This document shows, in pieces, positions 27,024-33,787 of a stretch of 60,621 bases of DNA; the first letter of the stretch is position 1; every line of letters begins with the position of its first letter. Source of the stretch: Opitutia bacterium (GTDB lineage: Bacteria > Verrucomicrobiota > Verrucomicrobiia > Opitutales > UBA953); NCBI GenBank assembly GCA_947456525.1, contig CANGRI010000001.1:1-60621 (forward strand), in the 5' to 3' direction. The notes beneath the pieces are model-generated. The model was not told where the DNA came from. It ran no database searches and saw only the letters and a program-made list of their open reading frames with translations. A program made the translations under genes and the position numbers.

Positions 27024-27874
27024 CGCCACGGCAGCAGATATTTTTAATCAGCGCCTTGGCTGTCGTCGGCTTCTTTGGTCTGCGCGCCTTGCCTGATACC
27101 CAGTGCGCCTTCCTGCATGCGGATCATCAGCCTGTCGTCGTCGACGGCGTCGAATTCTGCGGCGTGAACGAAGAGGCCAACTTCTATTCCCCGAAGGCCT
27201 TGCAGTTCCCGGTCGAGCTGAAGATCGGGTTGTCCGAAGACGGCTCCAAGGGCGAGCTCCGGCTCATCAAGGAAGACGGTCTTCCTTATTATGCCCATGA
27301 AGTGGCGGTGTCCCATACGCAGAAGGTCCACCTGCATCTCCGGCAGATCGGCGGCGTCCGCGCCTATGCCCATCTTCACCCGGTCGCTGCGGACGATGGT
27401 TCTTGGCGTTTCGACGTCCCTGTCGGACTTCGCGGTGCCGCCCTGGAGGCTTACGTCGACTTCGCCGACGCCAGGACCTCGCGCGTGATGCTGGCCCAGG
27501 CCCAGACGAAGGCTTCCATCGCCTCGTCGGACTTCGCGGCGAAACCTCGCAATGTCATCGTCGCCATGGACGCCTCGACGCTCAAGGCCGGCAGCTCGGC
27601 TACGTTGCGCGTGAAGCTGTCCGGGCCCGAAGGTAAGCCGCTCAAGCTTCTGCCCATCATGGGGTCGCTCGGCCATGCCGTCGTCTTTTCGGCGGACCGG
27701 CCTTTGTCGGGTTATGCCCATATGCACCCGACCCTCGAGGGCGGAGAATACGCCCCTAATCCGACGTTGTCTTTTCGACTCCGCCTGCCGGCGCCAGGCA
27801 CCTATGACCTCTGGCTGAACCTCAATGACGGGCATGAGGAACTCCTGCGCACGACGTTGGTCGTCACGCCCTGA
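27020..27874 (+). CDS. Membrane-anchored hypothetical protein with two repeats ending in YAH[LM]HP (putative metal-binding)
   Basis: 284 aa with an ATGA overlap onto the SCO1 gene. One N-terminal TM helix. Repeat 1 is KVHLHLRQIGGVRAYAHLHP (aa 102-121); repeat 2 is LGHAVVFSADRPLSGYAHMHP (aa 217-237), each followed by beta-rich sequence. Confidence 0.65.
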   Translation: MTPRQQIFLISALAVVGFFGLRALPDTQCAFLHADHQPVVVDGVEFCGVNEEANFYSPKALQFPVELKIGLSEDGSKGELRLIKEDGLPYYAHEVAVSHTQKVHLHLRQIGGVRAYAHLHPVAADDGSWRFDVPVGLRGAALEAYVDFADARTSRVMLAQAQTKASIASSDFAAKPRNVIVAMDASTLKAGSSATLRVKLSGPEGKPLKLLPIMGSLGHAVVFSADRPLSGYAHMHPTLEGGEYAPNPTLSFRLRLPAPGTYDLWLNLNDGHEELLRTTLVVTP

Positions 27875-28790
27875 GGTTCCGGAAATAATCCACGGTCTCA
27901 GCCAAGCCGAGGCTGACCGATGACACTGGCTTCCAGCCGGCGGCCAGCAGCCGCTCGTTGGATGCCAGCGAGTGCCGGACGTCGCCTGCGCGTGAGGGCA
28001 GATGTTCGATGCGAGACGATGACCGGGTCAGGCGGAGGATCTCCTGGGCCAGTTCGAGGATCGAGAGGGCCTTGCCGTAGCCGACGTTATAAGTGCCTGC
28101 CATTTCCTTGGAGGCTCCGGCGTGGGCGAGCGCGCCGACGATGTCGGTCACGTGGATGAAGTCGCGCGTCTGGCCGCCGTCGCCATGGATGCCGATCGGT
28201 TCGTCGCGCAAGGCCTTCGCGACGAAGATCGGCACCGCGGCGGCGTAGGCGGAACGAGGATCCTGGCGGGGTCCGAAGACGTTGAAGAAGCGCAGGCTGG
28301 TCGTGCCGAGTCCGTGTTCGGTGCGATATTTTTCCAGCAATCGTTCTCCCGCGAGCTTGGTCTCGGCGTAAGGAGACTTTGGTTCGGGCGGCATCTTCTC
28401 GACCTTAGGCACGACAGGATTGTCGCCGTAGATGGCCGCGGAAGAGGCGAGCACGACCTTGCGGGTCCCGGCTGCCAAGGCCGCTTCCAGCACCCGTCTG
28501 GTCCCTTCGGTGTTCAGCTCGGAGCACTCGTCCGGCTTGGCGACGGATTCCGGGACGGAGACCATCGCGGCGAGGTGGTAGATCTCTTCGGCGCCTTCGG
28601 CGGCCTGCGCAAGGGCGCGATTATCGAGGACGGACCCTCGCAGGAAACGGCAGGTCACGCCATCGAGGTTGCTGGCGTAGCCGCTGCGGAGGTCATCAAG
28701 CACGGTGACCTCGGAACGTTCGCCGAAATGGCGAGCTAGATGCGATCCGATGAAGCCGGCGCCCCCGGTGATGAGGATGCGCTTGCTCAT
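27864..28790 (-). CDS. NAD-dependent epimerase/dehydratase (extended SDR, UDP-hexose 4-epimerase-like)
   Basis: 308 aa. ILITGGAGFIGSHL Rossmann motif and YAETK (YxxxK) catalytic motif. Start overlaps the NahK-like stop (ATGA). Confidence 0.88.
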   Translation of the reverse strand: MSKRILITGGAGFIGSHLARHFGERSEVTVLDDLRSGYASNLDGVTCRFLRGSVLDNRALAQAAEGAEEIYHLAAMVSVPESVAKPDECSELNTEGTRRVLEAALAAGTRKVVLASSAAIYGDNPVVPKVEKMPPEPKSPYAETKLAGERLLEKYRTEHGLGTTSLRFFNVFGPRQDPRSAYAAAVPIFVAKALRDEPIGIHGDGGQTRDFIHVTDIVGALAHAGASKEMAGTYNVGYGKALSILELAQEILRLTRSSSRIEHLPSRAGDVRHSLASNERLLAAGWKPVSSVSLGLAETVDYFRNLRA

Positions 28791-29896
28791 GCGCGGTCGA
28801 CCAGCGCCTGCATGGCAGGCAGCTGGGCTTCGATGGATTCCACCAGCTTGAACTGCGTCCTGGTCCGTTCGAGGTTGTGCGTCGGTCGCTTGATCTTGAA
28901 GTACGTGTCGCCCTCGAGCCAGTCGGTCAAGAAGCGTAGGCCGATCTCGAAAGTGATGAGCTTGCCTGCGAAGGGCAGGAACGATTTTTCCTTCGGTGTC
29001 AGGAAGCCGCTCGCGGATTCGAGGTAGCCTCTGACGAGGGCTTCGAACATCGGGAGCTGCATACGTACTTTCGACAGGTCCGTCTCGTCTTCGGCCGCCG
29101 GGGAGGTCGACGTCCGGACGAGATCGCCGAAATCATAGAGCGCTGAGCCGGGCATCACCGTATCGAGGTCGATGACGCAGACGCCTTCCTGGGTCACGTC
29201 GTCTAGCAGGACGTTGTTCAGTTTGGTGTCGTTGTGCGTCACTCGTTCCGGCAAGGACCCGTCGCGCAACGCGTCGACGATGACTCCGACCTCCTGTGCT
29301 CTTGCCAATGCGAACGCGATTTCGGCCACGGATGAGGCGGCGCGCCCATGGCTGTCCTTCGCCAAGGCTTGTTGGAAGCGGGCGAAACGGGAAGGGGTAT
29401 GATGGAAGTCCGGGATCGTCTCGTGCAGCCGGCCGCCGGGGAGATCCGAAAGCAGGGATTGGAATGCTCCGAACGCCTTGGCGGCGGCGTAAGCCTGTTC
29501 CGCCGACAGTACGATGTCATGGCCGGTGGCCCCCTCGATGAAATGGTAGCAGCGCCAGCGATTGCCGTTGGCGTCGACGTGCCAGGCTCGGCCCGGACGG
29601 GTGGGTATCAGCCGGAGGGTACGACGCTCTGCGTCAGGCGTGCCGGCGCGTTTCAGCCGGGCGTAGGCATGGGCGCAGACGCGCTCGACGTTCGCCATCA
29701 GTTCGTCTGGACGGCGGAAGACGTTCTGGTTGATGCGTTGGAGGACGAACCGGGACGGGCCGTTGTCGGCGGTGATCTCCACCTTGAACGTGTCGTTGAT
29801 GTGGCCGCTTCCATAGGGGACGGCCGAAGCGACCTCACCAGAGAGGGCGAACTCCCGGGCGATCGCGACGGCGTCATATCCTGCGGCGGCGGTCAT
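28787..29896 (-). CDS. N-acetylhexosamine 1-kinase (NahK-type, APH-fold)
   Basis: 369 aa. PYGSGHINDTF, RVTHNDTKLNNVLLD, IDLDTVMPGSALYDFGD, FLTDWLEGDTYF and HNLERTRTQFKLV align along the whole length with my recollection of Bifidobacterium NahK. Confidence 0.82.
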   Translation of the reverse strand: MTAAAGYDAVAIAREFALSGEVASAVPYGSGHINDTFKVEITADNGPSRFVLQRINQNVFRRPDELMANVERVCAHAYARLKRAGTPDAERRTLRLIPTRPGRAWHVDANGNRWRCYHFIEGATGHDIVLSAEQAYAAAKAFGAFQSLLSDLPGGRLHETIPDFHHTPSRFARFQQALAKDSHGRAASSVAEIAFALARAQEVGVIVDALRDGSLPERVTHNDTKLNNVLLDDVTQEGVCVIDLDTVMPGSALYDFGDLVRTSTSPAAEDETDLSKVRMQLPMFEALVRGYLESASGFLTPKEKSFLPFAGKLITFEIGLRFLTDWLEGDTYFKIKRPTHNLERTRTQFKLVESIEAQLPAMQALVDRA

Positions 29897-29898
29897 CG

Positions 29899-30804
29899 TC
29901 AGGCCCAGAGAGAAACCGGGTAGGAACCGCTGGCGACCTGCTGCTGGATGCTGGCCTGGACGATGGGCTTGTCCTCGCGATACGTGACGCCGAACCAGGT
30001 CGAGTCAGAGCGAAGTACTTGGCAGCTGGCCTCGCCGGCGCGGATGAGGGCGCCGACCGACATGGGGATGTAAGCCTCGCTTTTCATCTCCGAACCTTTG
30101 GCGGAAAGGAAGGCGCGGAAGTCGGCCTCGAGCTGTGGGAAGATCGCAGGGGTGAAGCCCCACATGTTCATCGACACGGGTTCGTCACCCGTGAGGGCCA
30201 CGACCATTCCGTCATCTCCGCGGTGTTCGGCGCCTTTCGGGAGCTTGGCGATCTTCGTCAGCTCCTGGATGTCGGTGAGCTTGCCTTGGCTGTCCGTCTT
30301 GCAGACGCCACGGGCGACCGTGCCGTGTTCGGAGAGGGTGTTCTTGAGGGTGAAGCCGACCATCGCGTAAGCGGTGGAGGCGTTGGAGAGGGCGGCAAGG
30401 TAGCGACCGAGCGTCGCATACGAATCCTGCCCGTAGAAGTCATCCGCGTTGATGACGGCGAAGGGCGTATCGACGGCCTCGCGGGCGCAGAGGATCGCGT
30501 GGGTCGTGCCCCATGGCTTCTCGCGTCCCGCCGGCACGGTGAAGCCTGCCGGCAGCTGGTCGATCGTCTGGAAGGCGAAGCCGACCTCGATGCGACCCGC
30601 GAACTTCGTGGCGATACGCTCACGGAAGTCCTTCTCGAAGTCGGGACGGATGATGAAGACCACCTTGCCGAAGCCGGCGCGAAGGGCGTCGAAGACGGAG
30701 TAGTCGAGGATGGTCTCGCCGGAAGGGCCCATGGGGTCGATCTGCTTCAGGCCGCCGTAGCGGCTTCCCATGCCGGCGGCGAGTACGAGGAGAGTGGGTT
30801 TCAT
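29899..30804 (-). CDS. Sugar-1-phosphate nucleotidyltransferase (~300 aa, pyrophosphorylase type)
   Basis: Track ORF 29899..30927 trimmed to ATG 30804, 2 nt after the PIG-L stop. MKPTLLVLAAGMGSRYGGLKQIDPMG nucleotide-binding loop, and PWGTTHAIL...VINADDFYG. Confidence 0.8.
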   Translation of the reverse strand: MKPTLLVLAAGMGSRYGGLKQIDPMGPSGETILDYSVFDALRAGFGKVVFIIRPDFEKDFRERIATKFAGRIEVGFAFQTIDQLPAGFTVPAGREKPWGTTHAILCAREAVDTPFAVINADDFYGQDSYATLGRYLAALSNASTAYAMVGFTLKNTLSEHGTVARGVCKTDSQGKLTDIQELTKIAKLPKGAEHRGDDGMVVALTGDEPVSMNMWGFTPAIFPQLEADFRAFLSAKGSEMKSEAYIPMSVGALIRAGEASCQVLRSDSTWFGVTYREDKPIVQASIQQQVASGSYPVSLWA

Positions 30805-30806
30805 GG

Positions 30807-31655
30807 TCAGAGGGATTTCCGGATGCGGGCGGTCACATCGACCTTGAGGCGATCGATGAAGCCGACCACATACGCGAGAGGGTCGAGCGTATCGTCCAGT
30901 ACGAGGGGGGTCAGGTCCATCGCCCACTGCATCGCCGTCTCCTGGTCGGTCGAATGGGCGTTGCTGAAGGTGGCATTGGCGGTGCGCCGGCCGAGGACGG
31001 CGAGGTCGTAGCGCTTACCGCCCGCGATCTGGGTGGCGAAGACCTCGTTGAGGGCGCGGGCGAGTTCCGGACGTCCCGAGATCGGCATCGCGGTCTTTTC
31101 GGTGTCCACGAGCCAGTCGAGGTCACGCCAGACTTCGCAACCGTAGACCCTCTTGGGTCGGTCTGCCTTGGGCATCAGGCGGATGGCTTCGAGGCAGCGC
31201 AGGGCACAGCCCACATGGGTGTCATGCTTGTCGGCGAGATTGTGCAGGTAGACCACCTCGGGGCGGGCCGCCTCGAGGATATGGCGTAGGTCATCGCGGA
31301 CCGCGTCATGCTTCGCGTCCCGCACGGCGGCGCTGCCGAAACCCAGCTGGGCCATGAAGGAATATTGGCCGATGACGGCGGCGGCTTCCTGTTCGCGGAT
31401 GCGTTCGGCGGCGATCTGGTCGTCGGTCCAATCCTTGAACTGACCGGCACGCGAGCTGCCGCGACCATCGGTGATGGTCACGCCTCCGAACCATCGGTCC
31501 GTGCGTTCATAGCAGGCGAGGATGCCGTGGAAGGCCATGAATTCGAGGTCGTCCTGGTGGGCCCCGATGCCGAGGTGGGTCGTGCGCGTGATCGCTTCCG
31601 GGCCGGTCCGGCCATCGGGTATCACGAGGCGAGCGAGAGGGTTGAGGGTGATCAT
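30807..31655 (-). CDS. PIG-L/LmbE-family N-acetylglucosaminyl deacetylase
   Basis: 282 aa. HLGIGAHQDDLEF is a variant of the AHPDDE metal-binding motif, and HDTHVG lies downstream. ATGA overlap with the upstream kinase gene. Confidence 0.78.
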   Translation of the reverse strand: MITLNPLARLVIPDGRTGPEAITRTTHLGIGAHQDDLEFMAFHGILACYERTDRWFGGVTITDGRGSSRAGQFKDWTDDQIAAERIREQEAAAVIGQYSFMAQLGFGSAAVRDAKHDAVRDDLRHILEAARPEVVYLHNLADKHDTHVGCALRCLEAIRLMPKADRPKRVYGCEVWRDLDWLVDTEKTAMPISGRPELARALNEVFATQIAGGKRYDLAVLGRRTANATFSNAHSTDQETAMQWAMDLTPLVLDDTLDPLAYVVGFIDRLKVDVTARIRKSL

Positions 31656-33046
31656 CGGCGGAGGGCGGGGAGGGAGGCGGCGGCGACGGCCTGGCCGTGG
31701 CGCTTATCTTTCTCGTCCGGCACGAGGAGGTCGATGCGAAGTTCGGGGAATTCGTCGCGCAGGACGGCCTGGGCGTTTTCGATGATGACCGAGCCGCCTT
31801 GGCCGGAGGTGACGCGTCCCATGATCAGCAGGCAGCTCATCTCGTAGAAGCTGGCGAAGTGGGCGATGGCGTAGCCGAAGGCGATGCCGACCGTCGCATA
31901 GACTTCGCGGGCGCGAGGGTCGCCGGCGGCCATGAGTTTCTGGAGTTCTTCCAGCTGTTCCGGCAGCCGCATCGAGGCGGGCAGGGTGATGCCCGCGAGA
32001 GGAAGCAGGCGGCCGACGCCTTGCTGGCTGAAGTATTGCACGGCGCAGCCCCGGTCACGGGACCATTCGTCCTCCGGACCGTTCGGACGGTAATCGACCG
32101 GCACGAAGGCCAGCTCGCTCAGCCAGTTCGTCAGGTTGCCCGCCTTGTCGACGTAGCCTGCGGCGACGCTGGTGCCCATCGCCACGCCGAGCACGGCGTT
32201 GCGTCCGAGCGACATCGAGCCCGCGAGGGCGGTGACGTCCCCGTCGTTAAGGACTTCGAAAGGGACGCCATAGGCTTTGGCGAGATCCAGGAACATGTCG
32301 CGGACCTGAGCATCAAAGACGGACGCATCGTCGACTCCCCGGAAGAGCGAGGCGACGCGGACCTTGTTGTTGACGTAGACGCCCGCGGACGAGCCGCCGA
32401 TGGCGTCGATCCGGGGTAGATGGCTCGCGGCCAGGTCCAGCGAATGGCGGATGCCGGCAAGGTGATACGCCGGGTCCGCTTGGAAGTACGGGTCCCACTT
32501 CACTTCCTCGGAGAAGACGACTTTACCGTCGATGAGAGCCGCGCACTTCCGGTCGGAGCCCCCGAGGTCGAAGCCGATGCGGCAGCCGTCGAGGTGGCGT
32601 CCGAGCGGCAGATGCGCGGTCGAGGCGGTGGGGAGTTCGGATGGTCCGATCGCCCGGAAGGTCAGCGGTCCCTCGAAGACCTTGCGGAGGAATCCTGCGT
32701 CGAAGGCACGGACGCCACCCTGAACGTAATCCGCTTGGAGGCGGACGGCTAGTGCTGCCGCGTCACTCCCGCAGAGCAGGATTTCGGACGCGCCTCGTGA
32801 CCAGAGCAGGAACTTGACCGTGCGTTCGACGTGCAGATAGGTCGCGGCGTCGTCGACGCCCGAAGCCAGGATGAGGGTGCGGAAATGCGAGGCCGTGCCG
32901 TCTGTGCGACGGAGGGCGATCGTGAGTTCGGATGAGCCCTCGGATTTGGCGCAACGGCTCAGATAGGCACGCGTCCACAGGGCCGCCGGCACGAGGCCGG
33001 GATCGATGGCAGAACGGTGTCGAGGCGTGACATCCATCGGCAGCAT
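31652..33046 (-). CDS. ROK-like ASKHA sugar kinase with ~150-aa uncharacterised N-terminal domain
   Basis: Track ORF 31652..33088 trimmed to ATG 33046 (MLPMDV), which overlaps the nagB stop by 1 nt (TGATG). RIGFDLGGSDRKCAALIDGKV (phosphate-1) and VLNDGDVTALAG (ROK-like). The ROK CxCGxxGC zinc motif is not present. Confidence 0.72.
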   Translation of the reverse strand: MLPMDVTPRHRSAIDPGLVPAALWTRAYLSRCAKSEGSSELTIALRRTDGTASHFRTLILASGVDDAATYLHVERTVKFLLWSRGASEILLCGSDAAALAVRLQADYVQGGVRAFDAGFLRKVFEGPLTFRAIGPSELPTASTAHLPLGRHLDGCRIGFDLGGSDRKCAALIDGKVVFSEEVKWDPYFQADPAYHLAGIRHSLDLAASHLPRIDAIGGSSAGVYVNNKVRVASLFRGVDDASVFDAQVRDMFLDLAKAYGVPFEVLNDGDVTALAGSMSLGRNAVLGVAMGTSVAAGYVDKAGNLTNWLSELAFVPVDYRPNGPEDEWSRDRGCAVQYFSQQGVGRLLPLAGITLPASMRLPEQLEELQKLMAAGDPRAREVYATVGIAFGYAIAHFASFYEMSCLLIMGRVTSGQGGSVIIENAQAVLRDEFPELRIDLLVPDEKDKRHGQAVAAASLPALRR

Positions 33047-33786
33047 CAGAGTGATTTGGCCGCGGCGGCGTCCAGGTGGAACGTGCAAGCGGCGTGGCGT
33101 TGGAGCCAGGTCGCCGGACAGCCAGGGGACGGCGCCTCTTGGATCGCCCGACGGATGATATCGGCCTTGGCTTCGCCGAAGGCCAGCAGCTCGATGCGCC
33201 GTGCTTCGAGGATCGTCCCGACGCCCATGGTCAGGGCGCCATGTGGCACCTCGGTGACGTCGCCGAAGAAGACGGAGTTGTCGCGACGCGTTACTTCGTC
33301 GAGCTGCACCCGGCGAGTCCGGCTATCGGCGGCGGACGGCGGCTCGTTGAAGCCGATGTGTCCCGTTCGTCCGATGCCGAGGACCTGCAGGTCGATCCCG
33401 CCGGCCGCCCGGATGGATGCTTCGTAGTCAGCGCAGTTCCGCTCCGTTTGCTTCGATAGCCCATCCGGGATGTGGATGTTCGCCGCCGGGATGTCCAGGT
33501 GACGGAAGAGATGCTCTTCCATGAAGCGACGGTAAGACTGCGGATGCGTCGGACCGAGGCCTTCGTACTCGTCCAGGTTGAAGGTGATGACCGACCTGAA
33601 GCTTCGCTTCTCCTCGCGATGAAGCCGGATCAGTTCTGCATACAGCGGGAGCGGGGTCGATCCGGTTGCCAATCCCAACACCGTCGACTTGCCCGATTTC
33701 GAGCGTAACTCGATCAGCTCGGCTATCTCCCGGGCAATCGCCTGCGCGGCGGATTGTTTGTCGGGGTGAAGCCGGGTCGCGATCAT
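33046..33786 (-). CDS. nagB: Glucosamine-6-phosphate deaminase
   Basis: Track ORF 33046..33987 trimmed to ATG 33786, 1 nt after the valS stop. LGLATGSTPLPLY, FNLDEYEGL and GIGRTGHIGFNEP. Confidence 0.9.
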   Translation of the reverse strand: MIATRLHPDKQSAAQAIAREIAELIELRSKSGKSTVLGLATGSTPLPLYAELIRLHREEKRSFRSVITFNLDEYEGLGPTHPQSYRRFMEEHLFRHLDIPAANIHIPDGLSKQTERNCADYEASIRAAGGIDLQVLGIGRTGHIGFNEPPSAADSRTRRVQLDEVTRRDNSVFFGDVTEVPHGALTMGVGTILEARRIELLAFGEAKADIIRRAIQEAPSPGCPATWLQRHAACTFHLDAAAAKSL

Positions 33787-33787
33787 C

